Shown piece by piece: positions 11,101 through 25,189 of a stretch of DNA of 64,000 nucleotides. A model generated the notes under the pieces. It was given only the letters and a program-made list of their open reading frames with translations, did not search any database and was not told the origin of the DNA. The stretch comes from Hemiscyllium ocellatum. Its lineage: Eukaryota. A program made the position numbers and the translations under genes. Where the stretch lies: assembly GCF_020745735.1 (NCBI RefSeq), contig NC_083445.1, positions 30,566,947-30,630,946 of the forward strand. Direction: 5' to 3'. Every line of letters begins with the position of its first letter. Position 1 is the stretch's first letter.

Positions 11101-14100
11101 CTTTTGCCGTACATATCATACATGCCAAAAGCACCAACACACTCCAACAGCAGCTAATAAACAAGAAAGACCCTACACAGACAACATGCAAAAATATTGT
11201 ACTTTATAAAATACCTTGCAAGAACTGAAACAACACTACATTGGACAAACTGGCAGAAACCAGCCACCAGGATGCATGGACATGAACTAGCCACAAAAAT
11301 ATATGACCCTCTCTCATTGATATCTGCTAGTGCTCGGCTGTTTAAGGAAGTCATGGATAGCTTGGGTATGCAGCACTTCGGATCAACTGTGTATCATCTT
11401 GAATCCCAGGGTGAGATTTGATAGAGTGCAAAGGTGGCATCAGTCCCTGAAGACCTTGTTAAGAACATACAGTCAGGATTACCTGAATGATTGGGATAAA
11501 GCTATTCCATTGGTATTTGCTATTAGAGATGTCCCAAATGAATCTACTCAGTTTATTCCCTTTGAGTTAATATTCAGATATGAAGTGAGAGGGCCTTTGA
11601 TATTAATTAAATAGAAATTGACAGGACCAAATTCAGAGATCTCCCACTTGGATTAGGTTTTGGAGGTGAGCGAGGGACTAAATCATTTAGGTGAGTTAGC
11701 ACCTGAAAAGCGCACAGAATAGAATGAAGCAGGTAGCAAATAATAACTTGGGAGTTCAGGCATTTTCACATGGGGTGACGTATTAGTATTGTTACCACTG
11801 GTAGGAGATCCCAGGTTTAGTGGTCCCGACCAAATTCAGGAAAGGTTGAGTCAGGTAAACCATGTGGTAAAAATGCCAGATAGAGAAAAAAATCGGTAAT
11901 GTCGTGTGATTATGTTGAAATCGTATTATACTCGAGAGAAGGAACTGGAGAAACAGGTTTTAGTTACTGCCGCATAGTTGAGGAATCAAATCCAGATGTT
12001 ATGGAGTTTGATGTGCCTCAAAACACGTTATGTAATTCCTTGAGGAGTGGGATAGGTTTGTAAAGTATCTGTCTCAGGAACAAAGAACAAAGTTGAAAGG
12101 TTTGTTACAGCCAAATAAGGACATGTGCAGGTACAAGATGGGGAAGACTAATGCTATTGTGCATTAGTTAGAGATAGGGAATGCTGTTGTGAGAAAACAA
12201 CACCCCTATCACCTCAATCCTTTCAAAACCACACAGGTCCAGAAGGAGGTGGATGCAATGCTCAACGAAGATACCGTCAAACCCAGTCAGAGTGAGTGGG
12301 GTTTGCTGTTTGTGTTAGTTTCTAAACCTGACGAGACTCAATGATTTTGTGTGGATTATCAGAAGGGCAACGTCGTATCCAAATCAGATTCGTACCCAAT
12401 AACAATAGTGGTGCACTTTGTAGAGAAATTTGGACAATCCAGTTACATTACAATGATGGACTCACTATTTGGTTATTGGCAGGTATTGTTATCAGAGACA
12501 GTGAAATACATTTCCGCATGTGTAACCCCCAGATGAGCTATGTCAATTCAAAGTGATGCCTATTGGAATGAAGAACACACCAGCCACATTCCAAAGACTC
12601 ATGAACTGAGTTAACAAGCTGTGCAGTCCGTCTGGATGATGTCGTGATCTTTAGTGAGTCATGGAAAGTCACATGGTATAATTGTAAAAACTGGTAATAA
12701 ACTTAAAGAAAACATAATTCACGAAGGTAGAAGTGATGTTCATGAAGTGTTGACTACAAGAAAAGTCAAGACGAATGCATTCGAGGAGATTTTGCTGGAA
12801 GTTTGTTCCAAACTTAGCAGCATAATAACATGGCAAATCAATTTGCTGAAAATGAACACGAAGTTTTGGTGGACAGAACATTGCCAGGAGGCATTTGATA
12901 ATTTAAAATCAGTATTAACCACTGCAACAGTTTTAGCTAAATCAAACGTTCTAAAACCCTTCAAAGTTGCAATCAATTCAAACAACAGAGGAGTTGGAGC
13001 TGTCCTACTCCAGGAAGATGATGATAGAGTTGAAAGGCCAGTTGGTTACTTTTCCAGGAAATACTCTACCGTCGAAAAAATAATTATTGTGTTTGGTACT
13101 GACCTTCCAGCATTTTAATGTTTATGTGACGAACAATGTGTCGAAGACATTTGTCTACACGGGTCACAATCCTCTTACATTCTTGAAATACTTCAAGGAC
13201 AAGAATATGGGATTATTTTCATGGAGTCTTATGTTACAGACTTTTAATTTTTTTAAAAAAAACATACATGTTGTGTGTCGCAAAACTGTGATAGCAGATG
13301 TTATCTCAGACTTAACGAAGAAAGTATGGATAAGATTGAACAAATACTGATGTTGTGTGTGTGTTGGGGAGGTGTGTATTTCATTTTGATGGGACTAAGG
13401 ATTTTTTAAAAAGCAGCCATCTTTCCATTATGATGACTTTTTTTCTTAAGGGTGTTGGTGTTATGAAGTTGAAGTGTGTGTTGTACCTTTAACAGAGGGT
13501 GAAAATTGTTTTAGCATTGCGAGTTTGCAGGCACCTGTCATGTGACTGACTAGCAATCTCAGGTTGTACGGGAAGATTGAAAATATGCAACATTTGGCTT
13601 CTATTTTTACAACAGTTCAGATTTTACTAATCAATTTAAGTTAAGCCCCAGGATACTAAAAGCCAATTCAATTTGAATTTTACTCTTATGGCAACATTGA
13701 AGCAATGAGATAATCTGATGATTGATTGGGTATAAAAGAAGCTGACATTTTGAGAATTAGCCAGGGAGAGAACAACTAACTGCCATCATCAGAGTAAAGA
13801 CCAGCCAAACACTCTCTATCAAGGGTATCTTTTCATATGAAACATCTTTTCAGCAAAAGACTGAAGATAACCCAGGGAGATCTTCAGCTGAAAGGAGCCA
13901 GACATCAAACACTACAGCAAATGTCTAGTTTTGAAAATTAAGTTGCTGCAATTTTAATAGACATTTTTCCTGTATCAGTATATTGTTGTAGCGTTGGAGA
14001 TGGATAACAGACCTTTAAGAGAAAGGAGGTTTAGAGTTGTAAATATTTATTGTTTAATGATCAGTTTTAGATTTAAAGATTTTTTTTTCTTTAAATAGTC

Positions 14101-14209
14101 GAATGTGGGAGTTCTCTGTCACTCATATTTTAACAGATTCGAAAAGCGAGCTGAGCTTTTCTGGGTGTTTGAGTTAATTAGCAGAAAGTTTCACTGCTGG
14201 GTCATAACA
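8190..14209 (+). mobile_element. Decayed Gmr1-type Ty3/gypsy LTR retrotransposon (copy A)
   Basis: Partial 5' LTR about 8190-8730 and a degenerate tRNA-Pro-like PBS at 8734-8756. Then gag about 8900-10100, protease about 10250-10600, integrase about 10900-11900 (HLGVRKTQ..HFYWP, ERWHQSLKTLLR), RT about 12150-12900 and RNase H about 12900-13300. 3' LTR 13459-14209 (TGTTATGA...TCATAACA). Many stops. Confidence 0.88.
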
Positions 14210-14213
14210 GACT

Positions 14214-14640
14214 CCAGACACAATCCCCACCAGACACAATCCCCACCAGACACAATCTCCACCAGACACAATCCCCACCAGACACAATCTCCACCAGACA
14301 CAATCCCCACCAGACACAATCTCCACCAGACACAATCCCCACTAGACACAATCCCTACCAGACACAATCTCCACCAGACACAATCCCCACCAGACACAAT
14401 CCCCACCAGACACAATTCCCACCAGACACAATCCCTACCAGACACAATCCCTACCAGACACAATCCATACCAGACACAATCTCCACCAGACACAATCCCT
14501 ACCAGACACAATCCCTACCAGACACAATCCCCTCGAGACCCAATCATCTCCAGACACAATCACTTCCACGCCCAATCTCCTCCACACCCAACCCATTTAC
14601 ACCCAAACCCCTCCAGACCTAATCCTCTCCAGACCCGATT
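14214..14640 (+). repeat. 17-bp minisatellite, consensus CCAGACACAATCCCCAC, about 18-19 copies then degenerate
   Basis: Directly visible. Explains the periodic ORFs at 14105-14683 and 14191-14511. Confidence 0.95.
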
Positions 14641-14649
14641 CTGTAAGGG

Positions 14650-15330
14650 AAGGAATGCCAGGATATTGAATCAACAACGCTGAAGGAACAGGAATATATT
14701 TCCAATTCTGAATGACGACAGATCTGGAGGTTTACTTGCAGGGGCAGGTGCCCCTTTGATCTGCTGCCCTTGTCTTACTGGATGGGGGTGGTCATCAGTT
14801 TGGAAGGCACTATCCGAGGAGCATTGGTGAATTTCTGCAGTGCAACTGCATATAGTACTCACTATTGCGAATGAGCATTGTTTGTGGACTGACTGCATAT
14901 TTGAGGATGTAGTGCTAATCAAATGTACATTGTCCTGGATACTGTTGAGTGCTGCTGGAGCTGCATCCCTTCAGGCAAGTGGTGAGTATTCCATCACACT
15001 TCTGACTTGTGCCTTGTAGATGGTGGACCAACGTTAGCCAGTTAGGATACGAGTGATATGATTCAGGACTCTCTAAGCTTTGACATTCTCTTGCAGCCAC
15101 TGTATTTAAAAGGCTAGTTCAGTTCAGCTTCTGGTTAGTTGTAACACAAGGATGTTGATAGTAGTGGATTCAGTGATGGTAACAAACGTCAAGGGGTAGT
15201 GGCTAGATTTGACTGATTGGAGATGTCCATTGCCTGGCGTTGGTGTGGGACAAACATTACTTGCCACTTTCCAGCACAAACTTAGATATTGTCCAGAACA
15301 TGTTGCATTTGACACAACCACAGCCATCTT
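14650..15330 (-). mobile_element. Non-LTR retrotransposon RT C-terminal fragment (CR1/L2 group)
   Basis: PLTFVTITESTTINIL...-like remnant followed by a decayed 3' region. Confidence 0.55.
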
Positions 15331-15679
15331 CCTATGTGCATCAATATCCTGGGGTTCATGATGGTGAAAACATAGCGGATTAAAATGCATCAATTCGCCA
15401 AGGGTTCCACACGTTAAATATTTATTAATAGGTCACACCCAACCCTAGACTCGAGTCTGGAAGAGCTCTCAATCAAAACACTCCCTGTGTTTCTCTCTGC
15501 ACAACTGACACCAGACCTGTTGGGTCTGTTCAGCATTTATTCTGTGATTTCTTTTTCCCAGAACATTGTGCCACAGTTTCTGAAGAGAAGGATTATTTTA
15601 AACCGAGGTGATGAGAAATCTAGTATCAAATCACTGTGTGACTAAGTGATTACAGGATGACATGCGGTGGTCCATGAGG

Positions 15680-16610
15680 AATAAAGGAACAAAGTAAACA
15701 GGAGCAAGATTAGGCCAGTCATTTCCTCAAACCTGCTCACTCATTCAATTCTGTCATGGCTAATTATCGTCGCAGTGCCATGTTCTTGTTACTTCCCAAA
15801 AGCTTTCATCCTGCTAACCCTAATAACTGGATCTATCACCTTCCTTACAACATTCAACGCTTTGACTTCAATTCTTTCTGTGGCATCGAATTCCACATTC
15901 TCTCCAATCTCTGGGTGAAGTGGTTTCTCATCATCTTTGTCCTAAATGACCCTGCTGTATCCTTCGACTGTCACCCTTGCTTCTGGACAGCCTGGTAATC
16001 AGGAACATCCTTCCTGTGTTAACCCTGTCTTGTCCTGTTTGATGCTTGTAGGCTCTGAGATCCCCTTTCATTCCCTCAACTCCAGTGAATATCATCCTAA
16101 CCAATCTAATCTCTATTCCTACCTCATTCCTGTAATCACAGGAATAAGTCTGGTAAAGGTTTGTTACACTCCGTCTGTCGTCAGGACATCCTTCCTCAGG
16201 TAAAGGAGACCAACACAGCACATAATACTTCAGGGATGGTCTCACCAAGACCCTGTACAATTGCAGCAGAACATGCCTCTCACTGTGAAGGCCAACATAC
16301 CATTTCCCTTCTTCAGCCTGTGCTGCACCTGCCTGCTTCCTTTCCATGGTGTACAGGGACACCCAGAACCCATTGCACCTCCCCCTTTCCCAATCACTCA
16401 CCATCCAGGGAATAGTGGTCTTGCCTGGTTTTGCTCTGAAAGTGAATAAACACATATTTGTCTCCATTATAGTTCACCTGCCATGCATTTACTCACTCAT
16501 TCAACATGTCCAAATCAGACTGAAGCATCTCTGCATTCTCCTCCAAGCTCAAGTTTGGAGAGTTTTATATCTAGTTCCTTCCACTAAATCATTCCCACAG
16601 ATTGTGAATA
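15680..16610 (-). mobile_element. CR1 3' fragment
   Basis: LLQLYRVLVRPSLKYYVLCWSP remnant. Confidence 0.75.
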
Positions 16611-17527
16611 GCTGAACCCAAACACTGATGCTTGACACTATTCACTCTCGGTCATTGAGAGGAAAAAATGTTTGTTCATTCCGACACTGTTTCCCGGCTT
16701 ACAGCCAGCTCTTTATCCATGTGACTGGGGACAGTGTACTGACATGTGCTTTAGTTTTTTTTCATGGAGCCTTATGGTTCCTGTTTAATAATCAAATGAT
16801 AAATGAAAGTAAATTGAAAAGCCTATTTTTGACAAGCTCTTATCACTTCTCAAACGATCAGCAGTGTTTGGTTGTTCTGGGCTGACCAATAGGTCAGATT
16901 TGGCCAAGGGAAACATTAATTCATTGGTGATTTGAAATGTCTACAACTCTTTCCATGGCGAATTCATAATAGGTATGGAGCTCCCAGAATAAAGAAAGTA
17001 TAACTGGTGGGAAGGTGTAATGTCTCATTACCAGTTGGATAGGTTGGTACTGTTGGTGCTGAATTCTGTCTTGCGGCATATGGGTTCCAATAGCTGAGTT
17101 TTTCCAGTATTACTGATCTCCTGATCAACATCGATCTCTGGTTGACAATTTTTGATGTTTGCTGTTCACTGATATCTTTGTATCAGATAGATCCCAGTCT
17201 GATTCCCGGGGAATTTGGCAGCTGTGGTGTGACAACATGGGTTCCTGGAATTTGTGCTCCATGTTACTTCTGGGTTAGAAAAACTCCAGATTTAAGAATT
17301 AACCCTGGTTTGTCCATGTGTTGTCACTGTATTCCTCTCTGAACTTTAGAGTTTTTGGCTGCTGAGTGTTTAACTAGTAAGTGTTTGTGTTGAGATGTAT
17401 CCATGACAAACCTAGGCTGGAGCGACTTTGGGAGTAGTTTTATGTTAGACAGAGTACTGTAAGCTTTCTAACTCTCTGGACTACCTTGTGATAGTCTCTG
17501 GCGGGGTCAAGCTCCTGACTTTTAACA

Positions 17528-17536
17528 TTACTTCAC
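17528..17536 (-). CDS. Weak candidate for the IgM TM2 mini-exon (Val-Lys-stop)
   Basis: Reads ...CCTAAG|GTG AAG TAA, downstream of CH4 and in the right orientation. The pyrimidine tract is poor and no TM1 is visible, so it may be chance. Confidence 0.15.
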   Translation of the reverse strand: MK

Positions 17537-18116
17537 CTTAGGCTGTGAACCTCGTGACATAACAAGAACCATCGAAGATCTCCGTGTTGTCTGATCATTC
17601 CACCTCTGGAGTTTTCCATAAGAAATACCAAGCGAAAGATCGATTTACAAGAGTGGGACAAAGAGTGCCGAGCATTAACCCAAATGATTCGATAAAAAGA
17701 CAACCACATGTGACTGGGCAAATGCATCTGGCTTCGAAGGGAGTAGGGCACGACAATTTGGGACAGTATATCATTACTAATAGGCCTTCAAGAAAGGATG
17801 AAGCAAACTCAAGTTTCGTCATAATCTTTTAAGATTTATTAACCATTTCAGAGAGTATTTTTTATCAAAAACTTATCTTAAAGTGAACAAAGTGAGTATA
17901 ATGACTGGACGACACATTGAGATAAGAACACCTACGTTCGGAGCTGCTGATCACATAGTTACAAAAAAAGAAAATGAGGAATCAACACAAAGGTAGGAAA
18001 TAATTCGGAACAAGGAAAAAACAAAAAACATTACAAATGGAGTTCAAACAATTAGAAGTTACAAGCTACAAATACATTCCAACTCTAATTTACTGAATGA
18101 ATTCAAACAAAACAAA

Positions 18117-18216
18117 NNNNNNNNNNNNNNNNNNNNNNNNNNNNNNNNNNNNNNNNNNNNNNNNNNNNNNNNNNNNNNNNNNNNNNNNNNNNNNNNNNNN
18201 NNNNNNNNNNNNNNNN
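18117..18216. other. Assembly gap (about 100 N, probably unsized)
   Basis: N run; the round length suggests a placeholder. Confidence 0.95.
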
Positions 18217-21200
18217 TTTCTCATTTCAAAGGGCATCACTTTGAAGTGATAGAGCATATTTCGGGTTGCAAACACAGAAACGTCTTTTGCTTCCTCTGGA
18301 GAAAGTACCTGCCAATAACTACACAGTAAGTCCAGCTTTGCGATATTACTGGCTAGTCCAACTTTCTCTACACAGTCGTCCAATCTTGGCACTGGATATG
18401 CGTCCAATTTTGTTCGGGCGTTGACCTCCCTTTAGTCCACACAAAATTATTGAGTGCCGTCAGGTTTGAGAACTGACACGATTGGTGAACTTCACATACT
18501 CTGGCTTGGTTCAAAGATATCTTCATTGAGAATCGCTTTCACTTCATTCTGCACCTGGGTGGCTTTGAAAGGATTCAGCCTGTAGGGGTTTTGTTTCATC
18601 AGAACAGTTTTCCCTTAATCTTCCTAATGCACAACAGCATTAATCCTTGCCATCCTCTTCCTACATATATTCTCCTTGTGTTGCAACAAACCTTTTAACT
18701 GGGTTGTTAGCACCTGAGACAGATAGTTTGCTAACCATCCCATTCCTCAGAACTTCCTCATTATTTAACCTATTTAAAGGCACATCAAAACCAACTGCAT
18801 GTGGATTTGGTTTCTCACTTTGTGCGGCAGTAACTAACATTTGCTTCTCCAGTCCCCTGTCTCTTTTAAGGGAAGGTTTCGATGTATTCACATGGCATAT
18901 TCAATACAGTTTTGTTTTACCTTTCTGACATCTTCACCAGGTAGTTCACCTGAATCAACTTTGTCTCAATTTGATCGGGACCACAAAACCTGGCTTTGAA
19001 GGAACCTCCTACCACTGAAGAAATGTTTCAATTTTTGCCTGCCACTTGCTTCATTCGATACTGTGTCCTCTTTAGGTGCTGTTTCTTAACTCACCTACCC
19101 GATTTAATCTCTTCCTCACTTCCAATACATAATCAAATTGTGAGATCTCTGAATTCGATCCTTTCAATCCTTCTTTAAGTAATTTCTAAGGACCCCTCAC
19201 TTCATGTCCGAATATTTACTCAAAGAGAGTAAACTGAGGAGATTCATTTGGGGCGTTTCTAATGGCAAACAATACTAACGGGACACCTTTATCACAACAG
19301 TTCAGATCATCTTGACAGTATGCTTTCAACATGGTCTTCAGTGTCTGAAGCCACCTTTCCAAAGCTCCCTGGGATTCAGGATGGTACACACTTGATTTAA
19401 CGTGCTACATGCCTAAGCTATCCATAACCTCCTAAAGCAGCCTGGCAGTAAAATTAGATCCTTGGTCTAACTGAATCTCCCTGGGTAGCCCATGCTATGT
19501 CAAGTAAACCATTAGCTCCTCTCCACCTTTTTTGCCTTAATTCTCCGTAATAATCTGGAAGTCTGTTGGAGACATCCATTATGGTTAACAACTAGTTCCA
19601 ACTTTTAGTTCTCGGGTGGGGGCCTACACAATCAATTTTAACCCATGTGAAAGGTTCTTAAAATGGGGAATTGTCAACAAAGGTGCTGGTTTTATTACCA
19701 ACTGCGGCTTACCTATCATTTAGCATGTATGACACGTAAAACAAAACGCAAACACATCCTTGAGCTGTCCAGGCCAATAGAAGTGCTTTTGTAACTTAGC
19801 CTGAGTCGGCTGTGCATCTGGGTGACCTCCTACTAGTAATTCATTTGCAAGGCGTGACACTTCCTGTCTACATCCTACTGGCAACACACCCTGGTCCACT
19901 CTTGCCCATTTATTCTCTGCACTGAGCTGCTGTGGTCTCCATTTTCATCTTAGGGTGCTATCTTGAAGATAATAAACCACAGTAATATATTCTGATCCTT
20001 TTTCTGAGTATGTATCAATAAATATATTGTTAATTGTCTTGTCTTTGTTTTATAAGTACATTACCCTTTGGGGACTAAACCTTTCTGTTTGACCCTCTGC
20101 CTGTTCAGGTTTTTGCTGCAACATTGCATCAAACAGGGTGTCCACTAACTGAACATCAAATCCTTTAACTTTCGCTTTAGTATTTGATTTCTGTCTGTGC
20201 TCTATAAATAAATTCTACATATTTTGGAAATATTCCTGAGTATTCATCTTTTAAATCCTTTCATCCCTGGTTTTCCTTTGGCTTCTCCACAACAAAGGGC
20301 GTCACTCCCAAATTGGATCCTGTTCAGTAATTCCCAAGAACAAACTGGATTCCTGGAACTCTGGCAGTCATTCCCACTGTTACATCCCCAGTCTTGATTT
20401 GGCTCTCCAAACGGATTTACATTGATGAACGTTAAATCTCTGTCTAACTATTCCACAAATTACCACTCTGTCGGGTAACAGATCAGAAATAGTGCAAATT
20501 TATTCATCTCTTAGCATGAGAGACTGATTAGCTCCTGTACCTCTCAAAATTATAACTTCTTTCTCATCTCCCCTGTTCTTCCTGAGTAAATGTTACCCAC
20601 AAAGGCAAACTCTTTTAGAGATCAGGCACTAACTCCATACCCAGTCCCTGTCCATGCTGTGCACTCACATGAAGCTCCTCGACTTTCCTTGTGGTTTTCT
20701 TCACTACTTTCACTAATGGCACTGGCTTAGCTTCGTTTACCACATCTTTTCCCACAGTGCCTTTCTTTAACGACTACACTGTAATCCTATGCACCCCACC
20801 TTCTGGCAGTTTCAACACCTTTTGCCAGTGTCCTTTGAAACCACCAACACTGCAATTTTCTGTGTCCCATTCCATTACAGTGAAAACACTCAAGGCCTTT
20901 CACATCGTTTGCAACACCTTGGCTTTCTTTTCTCACCTGTGGTAAACTCTTGCCAGTGTGATCTAAGCTTTGTTTCTTCATATATGATCTCCCCTTCTCC
21001 CAATTTTTAACCCACACAGGATGAAATTCCTGTCAGTACCGAAATTCTAATTTGTCTACCAATGCATATTTATCTGCCATCTCTGCCATTCTTCTCACTT
21101 CTTGAACCTTATGTTCATAAACATGAATTCTTATCATCTCTGGCAGTGAGTTTTTAAAATCTTCCAGCAGAATAATTTCTCTTACAGTCTCATAGGTCTG

Positions 21201-21291
21201 ATCTACTTTTAAGGGGTGCACCCATCTACCAAATTGCAATGTTTAAATCTTCCACATTCAACTTAAATCTGATCTGGTTCCTTCTTTATAG

Positions 21292-23575
21292 GACATAGCA
21301 AATAAAGCACAGAACAGTACAGTATTGTACAGCCCTTCAGCCCTTGATGATGAGCCAGCCTTCTATCCTACTTTAAGATCAGACCAACCGACATTCTTTC
21401 ATTTTACTATCATCCACGTGCCTATGCAAGAGTCGCTTACATATTCCTAATATTTCTGACTCTTACTACCAATGATGGCAGTGCATTCCACACACCCACC
21501 ACTTCCTGTGTAAAGAACCTGACTCTGACATCTCCCCTAAACCTTCCTACGACATCTCCCCTAAACCTTCCTCAAATTATTTAAAAATATGTCCCCTCAT
21601 GATAGACATTTCTGCCCAGGGAACAAAGCTATCTGGCTATGCCTCTCATCATCTTGTACACCTCTATCAAGTTGCCTCTCATCCTTCCTTGCTCCAATAA
21701 GAAAAGCCCTAGCTCCCACAAACATTCTTCATACGACATGTCCTCCATTCCAGGCAGCATTCTGGTAAATCTCCTTTGCACTTTCACTAACCCTTCCACA
21801 TCTTTCCCGTCATGAGGTGACTAGAATAGAACATAATATTCCAAGTGTGGTCTAACCAGGACTCTATAGGGCAGCAGTATAACCTCGTGGTTCTTAAAAT
21901 CAATCTCCCTGCCAATGAAAGCCAACAAACTATGCACATTCTTCAAAATTCTATCAACGTGGATGATCACTTGGAGGGATCTATGGATGTGGAGCCCAAT
22001 GTCCCTCTGTTCCTCCACACTACCAAGATTCCTGCCTTTAACCCAGTATTATGCATTCAAATTTGAATTAATTGACACTTTTCTAGGATGATCACCATCT
22101 GCCACTTTTCTGTCCAGTTCTGCATCCTATCAATGTCTCAATACAACCTATAACAGCCCTCCACACTATCTGCCACTCCACCAACCTTCATGTCATCAGC
22201 AAACTCTCTAACCCACCCTTCCACTTCCTTATCCACGTAATTTATAAAAATCACAAAGAGCAGAGGTCCCAGAACAAATCTCTGCAGATCACCACTGGTC
22301 ACCAAGCTCCTGGCTAAATACTTTCTATCTACTACCACCGTCTGTCCTCTGTGAGCCAGCCAATTCTGTATCCAGACAAGCAAGTTTCCCTGTATCCCAT
22401 GCCTCCTTACATTCTGACTTAACCAACTGGCGGGAACCTGACCAAATTCCTGAATAAAATCCATGTACACCATATCTACTGTGCTACATTCATCGAAGTG
22501 CTTTGGCACATCCTCAAAGAATTAATTAAGGTTTGTGAGACATGACCTGCTCCTCATAAAGCTATGCTGACTATCTCTAATCGTTTTCCAAGTAATCTAT
22601 CTCTCAGAGTACTCTCTGATTCTTTGCCCACCATTGACATAAGAGTGACTGGTCTGTAAATCCCAGGATTATCCCTATTTCCTTTCTGGGGCAACAGAAT
22701 AACATTTGCCACCCTCCAATCATCTGGCACTCCTCCAGCTGACAGTGAAGGTGCAAATATTATCGCCAAATGTACAGCAATCTCTTCCCACACTTCCCGT
22801 AGTAACCTTGCGTATATCCCATCTGGCCCAGGTAATTTATCTATCCTTATGTTTTTCAAAATTTCAGCACATCCTCCTTCCTCACATCAACCTGTTCTCG
22901 CGTATCAGTCTATCCCCACTACCCTCAGAAATGTCAAAGCCCCTCTCAATAGTGAATACTGCAGAGAGGTATTCATTGAGGACATCCCCTACATCGTCTG
23001 ACTCCAGGTGCAAGTTCTCTCCATTATCGCTGAGTGGCCCTAACCTCAGTCTAGCCATCCTCTATTTCCTCACATACGTGTAGAATGTCTCAGGGCTTTC
23101 CTTAATCCTACCTGCTAAAGCTATTTAATGCGCCTTTCCAGCTCTCTTAAGTCAATTCTTCAGTCCCTTTCTGGCTACCTCGTAACACTTTCAAGCGCTG
23201 GCTGATCGTTGCTTCCTCAGAATTAACGAAGCTTACTTCTTCCTGTTTACTAGATGTTTCACACCCCTAGTCACACAAGGTTCCTTCACCTTCCCATTCC
23301 TACCTTGCCTCAGTAGGACAAAACTATCCAGCACTGTCAGCAGGTGCTTCCTAAACACCTCCACGTTTCTGTCATGCATTTCCCTGAGAACATGTTTCCC
23401 AATTTAGGTGCCTCAGTTCCTCCCTAATGGCTTTGTAATTCCCCCTCCCCAATTAAATACTTACTAATTGTATCTGCTCCTATCCCCTTCAAGAGCCTCC
23501 TAAATGTCATGGAGTTCTGATCACTATCCCGAAAATGCTCTGCCCCCGAGAGACCTGACACCTGAACATCTGAAC
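21292..23575 (-). mobile_element. CR1 LINE fragment nested in gag of copy B
   Basis: RT motifs PGPDGIY, GNYRPV-like, MDF, FADDMKVGG. Gag sequence resumes on both sides. Confidence 0.85.
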
Positions 23576-25157
23576 CCCCACCTAAACGCTTCTATTACTA
23601 ATTCATAAGCATTCGAAAACAGCCTTTTTGACATCTGCATAATCTCTTGATCCCTCATCTGACAGTGCTGCAAATACCTCACTAGCTCTTCCAACCAGCT
23701 TAGTCTGAACTAACATTATTGACAAGTTCTCTGACCACTCTATCTGCATAACCAATTTTTCAAATGAAATTTAACAAAAAGTTTCAACATTTTCTGATCA
23801 AAATGTGGCAATCTTTTAACATACTTGTAAATATTAGTAGCTTCCTTCATCTTCATCTTGTTAACTTGAGGTTCCTGACTGATTAGCAATGTCTGAATTT
23901 CAAAGTCTCTCTCCCTTTCTTTTCTTCCTCCTTATCTTTGCTCAGCCACGAAATTTCTCTCACTTTCTTTATCTTCCCATCCCATTTGCCTCAATTGAAT
24001 TTTTTTTTCTGACTCTACTGCACTTGCCTGTTTCTCTGATATACCTAAGTGCATGATCAACTCCATCATAACGTCAGCTTTTCTTTGTCCCTGGTTAAAC
24101 CCAATTTGGTCATTCCAAAAATATATCTTGCTCTGTTTTCATAAACTTTCTTGAAAAATTTGGGAAACATCTTCAAACCCCAGAAACGTCTGAGCAATAT
24201 TATAAGCCATTTCCCTCACTTTTAACAGAAGTAACCGAAATGAAGGAAATTTTCTAACCTAAGTTTTATTTAAAGATGTAGGACATAAATTGACAAGTAT
24301 TTAAATATGCTTGAATCTTTCACACCCCAAATCTGGTCAAACCTGTCAAACTCCATGACTGGATTTATCAAAGCCTGTCCAAATCTCGAGCCGAAACTCC
24401 CATACCTGTTCCAGCTTAGCAGTAAACCCTTCTGTTTATTAAACCAAACATCCAGAAGCAACTCGCCTTGCTTCATGATCTGATAAAATATGAGTAGCAG
24501 TGAACTCTTAAATTCCACAATTTAAAGAAAATAACATCAATTAATTTTTAACTGAGCATCAAACAACAACTATTCAGAGCTCGAAGCCGCCCTTCACTTA
24601 ACTGCTTACTATCTGCCTCCAACAATATGCTGCACCAACAAGACACTTATTAAAATTACATCAGCTTAATTTCAAAACCACACAGTCGCTGTCTCCTTCT
24701 GTGTCTTCACTCTTCCAGTTGCTGATTTCTTTCTTTTGTCTTCTTTCTTTTTTAATCAGAGTAAGTTTCACTTGGAAAGGTCCTTTTCAGAGAGAGTGCT
24801 TTCGAATTTCATTGACAACAAGGTGTTAGGTGGGCAATTATCTCTCGATGAGTTTCTCTCTCCACAGCAGTTGCCGTCTGACCAATTCTCAGAATGTTTA
24901 CATTTTATACCTCCCAAAATCAGATCATTTCATTGGTTCAATGTTAGCAATGCAACACATTCAAACTGTACTGCCTTTTAGTATCCTGGGGCATAATTAT
25001 TACTGATTGGTTTAATTTGAATTGTTGTCAAAACAGCAACAAAAAACCCTCAGGTATCCATTTCACAGCCAAACATAACATATTTTCAATTTTCTAGTAA
25101 ACTCTGGGACTATCCTTTAGTCATGTACACAGGGGCTTGTAATCTCTCAGTTCAGAG

Positions 25158-25164
<7 letters not shown>

Positions 25165-25188
<24 letters not shown>

Positions 25189-25189
25189 T
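25165..25189 (+). repeat. (CT)n microsatellite within the copy B LTR
   Basis: Directly visible. Confidence 0.9.

Noticed and set aside
14105-14683. 192-aa and 106-aa periodic ORFs (TRHNPHQTQSPPDTI / CLVGIVSGGDCVWW)
   Set aside because: Translation artefacts of the 17-bp minisatellite.
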